From: a virus
Taxonomy: Duplodnaviria; Caudoviricetes
Length of the DNA stretch: 24,346 nucleotides
Reading direction: 5' to 3' (one strand)
Virus record (IMG/VR): IMGVR_UViG_3300036398_001775
Coordinates: 1-24,346 of that record
The position numbers were made by a program, and so were the translations under genes. How positions within the stretch are numbered: position 1 is the stretch's first letter; the number at the start of each line of letters is the position of its first letter. Shown in pieces: positions 1-9,700 of this stretch. The notes beneath the pieces were generated by a model that was not told where the DNA came from, ran no database searches, and was given only the letters and a program-made list of their open reading frames with translations.

Positions 1-1
1 A

Positions 2-2674
2 TATATTTCCGGAAGCATAGAATCCAACCAAACCAATTATCAGTTGCAACAATTTGGTGGTGATTTTTATGGTAATTTTTCAGGCCAAATTGATGGAATA
101 CTAAAAGGAACAGTAGAATCATCTTTATCTTCATTATCGTCTCAATATCCAGGATTTGAATATAGGTTTGCAACTTGTGAATCTTGTGGTGTTGTAAATG
201 ATACAATATCTGGAAGTACATATACATTTTTTGATTATGATTCTAATGTTTATCCAGGAGACGGTTTAATATTAACAAATTTTAGAGATTCAAATGTAAA
301 TCAAACATATGATTGGATTAGCGTTTTAAGAGCAAGAAGGGGATTTGAATATAAAATATCTTTATCTGAATTTACATTCGATACACCTAATTTACTAAAA
401 AACACATCAAATTCTGTAAAAGATTATATTTCATTTTTTCAATCATTAGATTTAAACACAAAAGTTAGTTTAGAACTAAGACAAAAGGCATTTAATTGGT
501 CTTCTAGTGAAATTTCAATTTCCGATGAAGAAAAAACGATGATTTTTGATGTAATATCTGTAACTTCAAAATCAAATAATATTGGAAAAAATTGGTTAGA
601 ATTAACAGTAATATACAAATACGGTTCAAATGATTTAGAATATCAACCCATATTAAGTGGTAGTACATACTTAGAAGGAACTATGTACGCCAATACATAT
701 CCTTACAATCCTGTATCCGATATTTCGGCATATTCAATTATGTCTCTGAATATAAATGATACAACATCAAAAACAATACCACCAATTAAAGCAGCTTTTA
801 ATATAAATGGTATAGCAGGTTCAGCAGGTTCAGCAGGAACACATGGAACATCCGGCACAACTGGTACATCTGGAACATCTGGCACAAGAGGAACATCTGG
901 TACATCTGGAACATCTGGCACAAGAGGAACATCTGGTACATCTGGAACATCTGGCACAACCGGTACATCCGGAACTTCTGCTGATTCATCCGGAACATCT
1001 GGTACAAGTGGAACATCTGGTACATCCGGAACAGATGGAACAAGTGGAACTACTGGTACATCTGGAACTACTGGTACATCTGGTACAAGTGGTACATCCG
1101 GCACAGATGGAACATCCGGCACATCCGGCACATCCGGCACAGATGGAACATCCGGCACAAGTGGAACATCTGGAACATCTGGTACAAGTGGAACTTCTGC
1201 TACATCTGGCACATCTGGTACATCTGGTACATCTGGCACATCTGGCACATCTGGTACATCCGGTACAAGTGGAACTTCTGCTACATCTGGTACATCCGGT
1301 ACAAGTGGAACTTCTGCTACATCTGGTACATCTGGTACATCTGGAACATCTGGCACATCTGGTACATCCGGTACAAGTGGAACTTCTGGTACATCGGGTA
1401 CGGGTGGAACATCCGGAACATCTGGTACATCAGGAACATCTGCAACATCTGGAACTTCTGGTACAAGTGGTACATCCGGTACATCTGGAACAAGTGGAAC
1501 ATCTGGTACAAGTGGTACATCCGGTACATCTGGAACAAGTGGAACATCTGGAGTAACTACACTATGTGATGTTACTATCTGGGAAACTAACAGTTTAAAT
1601 CTATGTTTTGTTAAAACATTTTTTATAGATGCTCTTGCGAAAAAAGTAACATTTATATTGGTTGGTGGCGGCGGTGCCGGTGGTGGTGGATCATATTCTA
1701 CTGATGAAAAAAGAACTATAACAGGTGGAGGTGGAGGTGCCGGTGGAAGTATTTTAACAGTTGAGGTTAATGATTCTTATGAATTTTTTGAAAACCTAAA
1801 AAGTCCTGGAAGTGGAATATTTTTGAATGTAGCTGGATCAGTCCGTGGCGGTAAAGGATCTTTAGTAAACAATACTAATGGAGAAAACGGTTTTGATGGA
1901 TTTGATACATTAGTTTCGTTTTTAAATTTAACACAGACATTTGTTGCTTTTGGTGGTAAAGGTGGTCGAGGTGGAATCGTTGGTGAAATAGATTCTATTT
2001 ACGATTATTATACATATGGTGGTGCTATATCAAATATAACACCATCAACTGGATTAATTATTGGTGGTCCTGGAGGCGTTGGTAGGGCGAGTTTATCATA
2101 TGTTATTAATAATTTACAATCTGCAAATTTAAAACTAACGGATGAAAATTTATCGTCTGGTTATTCCATGACATACACAATGAATGGTGAAATAATTCCA
2201 CCAAATAATACACATTGGCTTCCTTTTAAATGGTTGAATTTGCCTTTTAATGGAAATTACAATAGACCATCATTAATTGCACCAACTGGTGGCGGTGGCG
2301 GTGGGGGTAGATTAAATACAACCATTCTTAATAAAAATGTTCAAGTAAATTTAAACGGAAATAATACAACAACAAGACAACTTGATCATGCGTGGATTCC
2401 AGGAAGAGGTGGATTTCAACAAAATGTAATGTTACCAAATAGTATAGGAGAACAACCAAGTGAAACTGCTCTGTTTAATACTATCGTTGGTGTTGGTGGT
2501 AATGGTGGATCATTTGCATATAATAAAATATTTACGCCTCAAAATGGAAAATTTTACGGTGGAGGTGGCGGTGGAGGTGCAGCGGGTAGAGCTTTTATTA
2601 TCAATGGAACCGTATTTTATAGTCAAGACGGTGGAAATGGTGCAAGAGGATCGATAACAATTATAGAGGAATAA
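2..2674 (+). CDS. Tail fibre-like protein 1 (5'-partial): (GTS)n Gly-X-Y tract plus C-terminal glycine-rich domain
   Basis: The frame is open from position 2 (YISGSIESNQTNYQLQQ...), so the TTG at 44 is probably not the true start. FGGDFYGNFSG resembles the N-terminal segment of the next two genes. ~248-aa GTS tract (809-1552). C-terminal domain KKVTFILVGGGGAGGGG...GGGGGAGG...YGGGGGGG...GARGSITIIEE. Confidence 0.75.
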   Translation, partial: YISGSIESNQTNYQLQQFGGDFYGNFSGQIDGILKGTVESSLSSLSSQYPGFEYRFATCESCGVVNDTISGSTYTFFDYDSNVYPGDGLILTNFRDSNVNQTYDWISVLRARRGFEYKISLSEFTFDTPNLLKNTSNSVKDYISFFQSLDLNTKVSLELRQKAFNWSSSEISISDEEKTMIFDVISVTSKSNNIGKNWLELTVIYKYGSNDLEYQPILSGSTYLEGTMYANTYPYNPVSDISAYSIMSLNINDTTSKTIPPIKAAFNINGIAGSAGSAGTHGTSGTTGTSGTSGTRGTSGTSGTSGTRGTSGTSGTSGTTGTSGTSADSSGTSGTSGTSGTSGTDGTSGTTGTSGTTGTSGTSGTSGTDGTSGTSGTSGTDGTSGTSGTSGTSGTSGTSATSGTSGTSGTSGTSGTSGTSGTSGTSATSGTSGTSGTSATSGTSGTSGTSGTSGTSGTSGTSGTSGTGGTSGTSGTSGTSATSGTSGTSGTSGTSGTSGTSGTSGTSGTSGTSGTSGVTTLCDVTIWETNSLNLCFVKTFFIDALAKKVTFILVGGGGAGGGGSYSTDEKRTITGGGGGAGGSILTVEVNDSYEFFENLKSPGSGIFLNVAGSVRGGKGSLVNNTNGENGFDGFDTLVSFLNLTQTFVAFGGKGGRGGIVGEIDSIYDYYTYGGAISNITPSTGLIIGGPGGVGRASLSYVINNLQSANLKLTDENLSSGYSMTYTMNGEIIPPNNTHWLPFKWLNLPFNGNYNRPSLIAPTGGGGGGGRLNTTILNKNVQVNLNGNNTTTRQLDHAWIPGRGGFQQNVMLPNSIGEQPSETALFNTIVGVGGNGGSFAYNKIFTPQNGKFYGGGGGGGAAGRAFIINGTVFYSQDGGNGARGSITIIEE
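809..1552 (+). repeat. Coding 9-bp tandem repeat encoding (Gly-Thr-Ser)n
   Basis: GGN-ACN-TCN/AGT units. Exact 36-nt tandem copies at 863-898/899-934 and exact 45-nt copies at 1460-1504/1505-1549. Confidence 0.97.
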
Positions 2675-2677
2675 AAA

Positions 2678-4198
2678 GTGAAATATTATAGTCTTTTAAC
2701 ATCAGGATCCAATCAAGTAATAAGTATTTTTGAATGGGATGAAATTGCAAGTGGATCAGTAACTGCTTCAATAACGTTTCCAAGTGGAACTCTTTTACAA
2801 GAAGTTTCTGCAAGTGCTTCCTTTACATCATCGGCGGATTACAATGATTTTGTAAATGTTGGAGTATTTGGTGGATTTTTTAGTGGATCTGTTTATATTA
2901 GTGAGTATGACACTTTTAATATAAATAATAATTTCATAATATATTCACCAACTTCATCAAATAGTGGTTCAGTTTATTTATCACTGTCCGGTTCCGTTGC
3001 TGTTTCTGGAAGTGTTGCATCTGATATTTTCACTGGATCATTCACCGGATCTTTTAAAGGTAATTTAGAAGGAACTGCATCATATGCAATATCATCATCT
3101 AATTCGGTATCATCGTCTTATTCTATAACAGCGTCATATGCATTATCGACTACACCATATTCAACAATAGAAACATTTGAAACATCTTCAAATTGGACAA
3201 AACCATCTTGGGCTAAAAAAATAAAAGTAATATTAGTCGGTGGTGGAGGTGGTGGTGGAAGTGCTTATGGTTTAACTGATAGTAATATGGAACCAGGCGG
3301 TGGAGGTGGTGCCGGTGGTTCTCTAACAGTAATAGAATTTGATGCAAATACCTTACCAACATCTTCAATATCCGTACTTGTAGGAGGCGGTGGATTCAGA
3401 GGCCAATCATCAAATGACGGTGGAAACGGTGGTAATAGTCAATTTGGTAATTATGCATATGCTGCCGGTGGACAAGGAGGACAAGGTAGACTATCAAACA
3501 GACCAAAACCCAATGGATTTAATTTACATTTGGGTGGAGTTGCACAACCATCGTTAAACTTTACAAATACAGGCGGTGGTCCAGGTGGAATGGGTTCTGT
3601 AAAAAGATTAAGCACAATAATATTTGGTCCACAAAATACACTTGAAGATTTTGAATGTGCAATAGCACCATCTTTGCCTTATGCCGATATTTATTTACGA
3701 GCAAAACCTATGTATTTCAATGGTGATATTGCTGGGTGGAACGGTTCATTGAATATTCCAGGAGTTATTGCACCAACAGGTGGCGGCGGTGGATTAGGAT
3801 ATGAAACGGCAGCAAGTGGTGGGGTTGAGCCAAATCCGATAGGTGCAACTATCGGTGGATCTATAAAGAGTTCAACTGCACCCTATAACAATTTAAATGG
3901 TGAAACATCATTTGGTATAGCTCCATTAGAATATAATGCAAATGGTACAAAATCTAATTTATTGAATCATTATCCTGCATTTAATACAAAAATAGGATTG
4001 GGTGGAACGGGCGGTTATCATAATCCTACATCATACCCATCAGGATCCTTTCTTCCACAAGCTGGATCAAAATATGGTGGAGGAGGTGGTGGTGCTTATG
4101 CAGGTGGAATACAATACAGTACAGATCCTAATGAAATAACATACAACGATGGAGCAGATGGCGCTTCTGGTGTTGTAGTAATTATATCGGAGGCATAA
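2678..4198 (+). CDS. Tail fibre-like protein 2 with FTGS/TASYA repeats and C-terminal glycine-rich domain
   Basis: GTG start preceded by GAGGA (2666-2670). FTGSFTGSFKGNLEGTASYA segment. C-terminal domain (WTKPSWAKKIKVILVGGGGGGG...IAPTGGGGG...YGGGGGG...GASGVVVIISE) is collinear with that of fibre 1. Confidence 0.75.
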   Translation: MKYYSLLTSGSNQVISIFEWDEIASGSVTASITFPSGTLLQEVSASASFTSSADYNDFVNVGVFGGFFSGSVYISEYDTFNINNNFIIYSPTSSNSGSVYLSLSGSVAVSGSVASDIFTGSFTGSFKGNLEGTASYAISSSNSVSSSYSITASYALSTTPYSTIETFETSSNWTKPSWAKKIKVILVGGGGGGGSAYGLTDSNMEPGGGGGAGGSLTVIEFDANTLPTSSISVLVGGGGFRGQSSNDGGNGGNSQFGNYAYAAGGQGGQGRLSNRPKPNGFNLHLGGVAQPSLNFTNTGGGPGGMGSVKRLSTIIFGPQNTLEDFECAIAPSLPYADIYLRAKPMYFNGDIAGWNGSLNIPGVIAPTGGGGGLGYETAASGGVEPNPIGATIGGSIKSSTAPYNNLNGETSFGIAPLEYNANGTKSNLLNHYPAFNTKIGLGGTGGYHNPTSYPSGSFLPQAGSKYGGGGGGAYAGGIQYSTDPNEITYNDGADGASGVVVIISEA

Positions 4199-4199
4199 A

Positions 4200-6752
4200 A
4201 TGGCCATATATGAGTTAAGAACAACATCAAGTGGCGAGGTAATAAATTTAATATCATGGGATGGTATAACAGATTTGAGCTTACCGTCTGGAACAGAATT
4301 GGTAGAAGCAACAAGTTCTGTATCATCATCGTGGACTGGTTCATTTGAATCATCTTCCGTTTCTTTATATGCTGGTAATTTTTATGGAAGCACCTATGGT
4401 TCATTATTTGGATCAGGTTCTGGTTCATTTACTGGATCATTTAATGGTTACTCTGGATCATTGGTTGATTTTGTAGATGGAGCAGTTTTATTTATATCTG
4501 GCGCAAGAAGTGGTAATTTTACTGGATCTTTATCCGGTTCATTAACCGGTTCGTTTGAAGGAAATGCATCTGGTTCATTTACTGGATCTTTCTCTGGTAG
4601 TAGTGTAATAAGTGATATTACACAAATTAGAAATGCTCTTATAGTATCTGGTGCTTTAAATATAACTGGCAGTTTCATAATAAATGGAAGTTCGTATACA
4701 GATTCAACATCTGGTACAAGTGGAACTTCTGGTACTGCAGGTACAAGTGGAACTGCCGGAACATCTGGAACTGCCGGAACATCTGGAACGTCTGGAACTG
4801 CCGGTACAAGTGGAACTCCTGGTTCATCTGGAACGTCTGGAACTGCCGGTACAAGTGGAACTCCAGGTTCAAGTGGGACATCTGGAGCTAATGCATTATG
4901 GAACTTTTTAGGTGCGTGGTCTGGTGGTCAAATTTATATTATTGGGGATGTTGTAACACATGGTGGTGAAACTTGGTATTGTATTCAATATGCACCATCT
5001 GGTTATGGTCCATTTGGTGGTTACATTGATGTATATTGGACTTTAATCGCGGCATCAGGAACTGCGGGTACTTCAGGTACTTCAGGTGTTTCAGGTTCAG
5101 ATGGTTCTTCAGGTTCAAGTGGAACAAGTGGTACATCTGGAACCGCAGGAACATCTGGAACTGCCGGTACAAGTGGAACATCCGGAACTCCCGGTACATC
5201 GGGTACATCAGGTCAAGATGGTGTGAGCGGTGGTCAAAATTATTTTATCAACTATACCGTATCATCCGATGTAAGTCCATATAAAACACTTGGTAGATTA
5301 ACAACAACTGGCTCACAACAATCTATTACAACTAATTTAACTGCTAATCAAACCGGTGTATTGGTTGATGGTGGATTTATGACTGTTGCTGGTGATTCAA
5401 ATACAACCGTGATACCAAACGGTTTATGGCATGGATATTTTTACTTTACAAAAAATACAAGTGGAGATAATGTAAATATCTACTATACCGTTTCAAAATA
5501 CAGTAATACTGGCGTTAAAACTGCATTATTCACTTCTGATACAGTTGAAATCGGTTGGTCTAACAATAATACCACACCGGTTGAAATTAAAATAAATGCA
5601 GTTGCAACATCTGCCGCTTTAAGTTCTACCGATAGAATTATATTAGACATATATGCAGATAATGTTGATAATCAAAATAGAACTATAACATTTTATACCG
5701 AAGGTACATTCCACTATTCTTATCTTGTAACTACGATTGCTGCACCATCTGGAACATCTGGAACGTCTGGAACTGCTGGCACATCAGGAACTCCTGGTTC
5801 AAGTGGAACATCCGGAACTGCCGGTACAAGTGGAACACCGGGTTCATCTGGAACATCCGGAACTGCCGGTACAAGTGGAACACCGGGTTCATCTGGAACA
5901 TCTGGCATAAAAGGTGATGCAGGAACAAGTGGAACATCCGGAACTGCCGGTACAAGTGGAACTCCCGGTTCATCCGGAACATCGGGTATAACCGGTGATC
6001 CAGGAACATCTGGTACAAGTGGAACATCTGGAACTCCCGGTTCATCCGGAACATCCGGTATAACCGGTGATCCGGGAACATCTGGTACAAGTGGAACATC
6101 TGGAACTCCCGGATCATCCGGAACTTCTGGTCTTACTGGTAATCCAGGAACATCTGGTACAAGTGGAACTTCTGGTCTTACTGGTAATCCAGGAACAAGT
6201 GGAACATCTGGAACTGCCGGTACAAGTGGAACTGGATTTTCAACGGTATCTAATACCGGAAATGATAGAATACTAACATCAGACGGTACTGCAAATGCAG
6301 CGGTAGCTGAAAATAATTTATCGTTTAATGGATCAACTTTATCCGTGACTGGATCTATAAACATGGGAACTGGATCTGTAGTGAATCCATTACTAACGGG
6401 ATATTATGAAACTATGGTATCGAAATCCGTAGCCAATGATTTTGGTGGTGGTATAGTTAATATAGATTTAAGACAAGGTAATGTCTATAAATTAAAATTA
6501 GATGCTAGCGTATTAGATTTCAACATACAAAATAATCCAACATCATTACAAGCCGGTACTTTTACATTGGTTTTAGAAGGAGATGGAACTGCAAGAGCAT
6601 TTAATTGGGGTACAGAAGTAACTTGGCCAAATGGAGCACCTGCAATCGTAAGTGGATCGGGTGTGATTGATGTATATTCCTTTGTATCATTTAATAGTGG
6701 AACGGAATATTTGGGATTAGTTATTACACAAAATCAAACAGGATTAGTATAA
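4200..6752 (+). CDS. Tail fibre-like protein 3: three (GTS)n tracts separated by globular inserts, with a C-terminal phage fibre tip domain
   Basis: GGAGG upstream. N-terminus similar to fibre 2 (VIxxxxWD...PSGTxLxE). FTGS repeats. C-terminal IDLRQGNVYKLKL...FTLVLEGDGTARAFNW..VTWPNGAP...DVYSF...GTEYLG pattern that I recognise from phage fibre C-termini. Confidence 0.8.
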   Translation: MAIYELRTTSSGEVINLISWDGITDLSLPSGTELVEATSSVSSSWTGSFESSSVSLYAGNFYGSTYGSLFGSGSGSFTGSFNGYSGSLVDFVDGAVLFISGARSGNFTGSLSGSLTGSFEGNASGSFTGSFSGSSVISDITQIRNALIVSGALNITGSFIINGSSYTDSTSGTSGTSGTAGTSGTAGTSGTAGTSGTSGTAGTSGTPGSSGTSGTAGTSGTPGSSGTSGANALWNFLGAWSGGQIYIIGDVVTHGGETWYCIQYAPSGYGPFGGYIDVYWTLIAASGTAGTSGTSGVSGSDGSSGSSGTSGTSGTAGTSGTAGTSGTSGTPGTSGTSGQDGVSGGQNYFINYTVSSDVSPYKTLGRLTTTGSQQSITTNLTANQTGVLVDGGFMTVAGDSNTTVIPNGLWHGYFYFTKNTSGDNVNIYYTVSKYSNTGVKTALFTSDTVEIGWSNNNTTPVEIKINAVATSAALSSTDRIILDIYADNVDNQNRTITFYTEGTFHYSYLVTTIAAPSGTSGTSGTAGTSGTPGSSGTSGTAGTSGTPGSSGTSGTAGTSGTPGSSGTSGIKGDAGTSGTSGTAGTSGTPGSSGTSGITGDPGTSGTSGTSGTPGSSGTSGITGDPGTSGTSGTSGTPGSSGTSGLTGNPGTSGTSGTSGLTGNPGTSGTSGTAGTSGTGFSTVSNTGNDRILTSDGTANAAVAENNLSFNGSTLSVTGSINMGTGSVVNPLLTGYYETMVSKSVANDFGGGIVNIDLRQGNVYKLKLDASVLDFNIQNNPTSLQAGTFTLVLEGDGTARAFNWGTEVTWPNGAPAIVSGSGVIDVYSFVSFNSGTEYLGLVITQNQTGLV
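4713..4886 (+). repeat. (Gly-X-Y) GTS/GTA/GTP tract 1 of fibre 3
   Basis: Gly at every third residue, 9-bp periodicity. Confidence 0.95.
4888..5057 (+). other. CBM5/12 (ChtBD3)-like small aromatic carbohydrate-binding insert in fibre 3
   Basis: GAWSGGQIYIIGDVVTHGGETWYC...P...YW fits the W-x5-Y-xx-GD-x-V-xxx-G-xx-W pattern. Confidence 0.6.
5058..5234 (+). repeat. (Gly-X-Y) tract 2 of fibre 3
   Basis: GTAGTSGTSGVSGSDGSSGSS... Confidence 0.95.
5751..6236 (+). repeat. (Gly-X-Y) tract 3 of fibre 3 with higher-order 15- and 24-aa units
   Basis: GTAGTSGTPGSSGTS x3, GITGDPGTSGTSGTSGTPGSSGTS x2, GLTGNPGTSGTS x2. Confidence 0.95.
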
Positions 6753-6765
6753 AAGGAGTTTTAAA

Positions 6766-9700
6766 ATGGTTGGTAATAATGTAAGAAATGCTGCTTTAAC
6801 ATCATATCCTGGTTATGTTGCTCCACCAATTCCAAGTTTATTATATGGTTGGGGAAATAATGTAACTGCACAATTAGATAATAATTCAAGTGGTTTATAT
6901 GAAAATCAAAGAGGTAATTTTAACACTTGGGTATCTAGCAGTTATGTTGCCCAACAGGTTTTTGCAATAAAATCCGATGGGACACTTTGGAGTTGGGGTA
7001 GTGGTAATAATGGTGGTTATGAGAGTACCGATAGATCATCACCTATACAAGTTGGAAATGAAACAAATTGGTCAAAAATAAGTGTTGGTTTTAATCTAAG
7101 TCATGGAATGTTTATTAAGTCAGATGGATCACTTTGGGGCTATGGAAACAATAGCAACGGTCAATTAGGTGATAATAACTCCTCCGATGTTTCCAATAGA
7201 AGCTATATGATACAGGTTGGAAGTTTAAAGAATTGGAGTCAAGTTACTTGTGGTGGTTCACACACTATGGCTGTAAAAACAGATGGTACTCTGTGGGGTT
7301 GGGGGCTTAATACTCAAGGGCAACTGGGTGTTAATAATAATATTACTAGGTCATCTCCTGTTCAAATTGGATCATTAACAAATTGGTCATTTGTTTCGGC
7401 TGGTGCTTCATATACCATGGCTATAAAAACCGATGGTACACTTTGGGGTTGGGGACTAAATTCATTTGGTCAAGTCGGTGATAATACTGCTATAACCCGA
7501 TCATCTCCTGTTCAAATTGGAACGGGTACAAATTGGAGTAAAGTGACAACGGGAGCATCACACACAATGGCTGTAAAAACAGATGGAACGATTTGGACTT
7601 GGGGTAGTAATAATAATGGTGAATTAGGATTCTCTACGGGTGGTGCAACCAGATCATCTCCAGTCCAAGTGGGTTTATTAACAAATTGGAAAGATGTATA
7701 TGCAACAGTTGATAATTTTGGAATGGGTGCATCTATAAAGACAGATGGAACTATTTGGTTTTGGGGTAATAATGGCAGTGGTGGATTTGGTAATGGTAAC
7801 TTTATATCTACTACATCTCCAGTCCAAATCGGAACTGAGTATTGGCAAACTTTGGGTTTAAGATCAAATGCATTTGTAGGCATTAAAACGGATGGGACGT
7901 TATGGGAATGGAACGCTAATAATGGTCTTACTTGGCTAAATAGTGTTGTGTCACCAACGACTCTAACATCCTTTACCGATTGGAAATCTGCTTCAACTGG
8001 TCTATCGCACACTATGGCTATAAAAACAGATGGCACTCTTTGGGCTTGGGGTGTTAATAATTTAGGACAGTTGGGAGACGGAACTGAAATTGCAAGACAA
8101 TCTCCAGTTCAGATAGGATCTGGGACAGATTGGGATAATGTATCATGTGGCAGTGATCATAGTGCGGCTGTTAAAACAAATGGAACACTTTGGTCTTGGG
8201 GTGCTAATAGTGGTGGAGCACTTGGACACAATAACCAAACCACTCGTAGTAGTCCAATTCAAGTAGGATTATTAACAAATTGGTCAAAAGTTTTTTGCGG
8301 TCAATCATTTACAATGGCTATAAAAACAGATGGGACACTTTGGGCTTGGGGTCTTAATCTTATTGGACAATTAGCAGATCCAATGCCTGTAAACAGATCA
8401 TCCCCAATACAGATTGGCACTGCAACAAATTGGAAATCTGTTGCTCCCGCTATAGGCGGTTCACATACAATGGGTGTACAAACCAATGGTACATTATGGG
8501 GTTGGGGACTTAATAGTAGTGGTCAATTAGGTAGGAATAACGCAGTTAGTAGTGCAACTCCTACACAAGTGGGAACAGATACAGATTGGGATAGTGTATC
8601 TACGGCATATTCATTTACAATGGCTATAAAAACAAACGGAACTATGTGGGCGTGGGGTAATAATGGTAATAATACATTGGGAATAATGCGAACACCTAGA
8701 TTGCCATTTCCTGTTAATACATCATTAACAAATGTTTCCGATATGATTGCTGGAGATAGTTATACTATGGCTATTGCTTCGGATGGTGCCCTTTGGGGAT
8801 GGGGATTAAATTCTGCTGGTTCATTGGGTGTTGGTAATACTGTTACTAGATCATCTCCTGTTCAAATTGGATTATTAACAAATTGGTCAAAAGTTTTTGC
8901 AGGCATATCACAAACTATGGCTATAAAAACCGATGGTACACTTTGGGGTTGGGGATTAAACTCATCTGGTCAAGTCGGTGATAATAGTATTTTAGGTAAA
9001 TCATCTCCTGTTCAAATAGGTACAGGCACTGATTGGCAAACAGTAGGATGTGGAACTGCACATACATTTGGAATAAAAACAAACGGAACACTTTGGGCAT
9101 GGGGAAATAATGTATTTGGACAATTAGGCGATGGTACAATAATAAACCGATCATCTCCTGTTCAAATCGGAACAGATACAAATTGGTCAAAAGTATCAGG
9201 TGGTACAGGACATACCATTGCATTAAAAACAAATGGAACACTTTGGGCATGGGGACTTGATGATAGATACCAATTAGGAATTAGTTCAAACTCAAATAAA
9301 TTACAAAAAATTGGAACCAATACTGACTGGTCTATTTTACCAACTGGATCACCTGGATCACATGTAATGGCAATTAAGTCCGATGGTACTCTTTGGGGGT
9401 GGGGATTAAACTCATCTGGTCAAGTCGGTGATAATAGTGCTATAACTCGATCATCTCCTGTTCAAATTGGAACGGGTACAAATTGGAGTATATTGAGTTT
9501 GGGTGCTTCACATACAATGGCTATAAAAACAGATGGAACTATTTGGGGATGGGGGAATAATAACAGAGGTCATTTGGGTGATAATACACTAATAAACAGA
9601 TCATCTCCTGTTCAAATTGGAACAGATACAAATTGGAGTAAATTGAGTTCGGGTAACTCACATACAATGGCTATAAAAACAAACGGAACACTTTGGGCTT

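Noticed and set aside
703-1556. Alternative-frame and antisense ORFs (VPD-, HLV-, QMF-repeat proteins) over the GTS tract
   Set aside because: Shadow frames: the 9-bp unit lacks stops in other frames. Variation is synonymous in the GTS frame.
3687-3694. ATATTTAT copy inside fibre 2
   Set aside because: It lies mid-gene, about 500 nt from the next gene start, and is likely a chance occurrence.
809-6236. CRISPR-like array
   Set aside because: The repeats are coding and contiguous, with no constant repeat plus unique spacer structure and no cas genes.
4448-6364. Overlapping short ORFs within fibre 3
   Set aside because: Same repeat-shadow artefact, with no SD or independent motifs.
7417-9560. 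Diversity-generating retroelement TR/VR pair among RCC1 repeats
   Set aside because: Differences between similar blades are not adenine-specific (many C/T and T/G changes), all copies are coding, and no reverse transcriptase is in the window.
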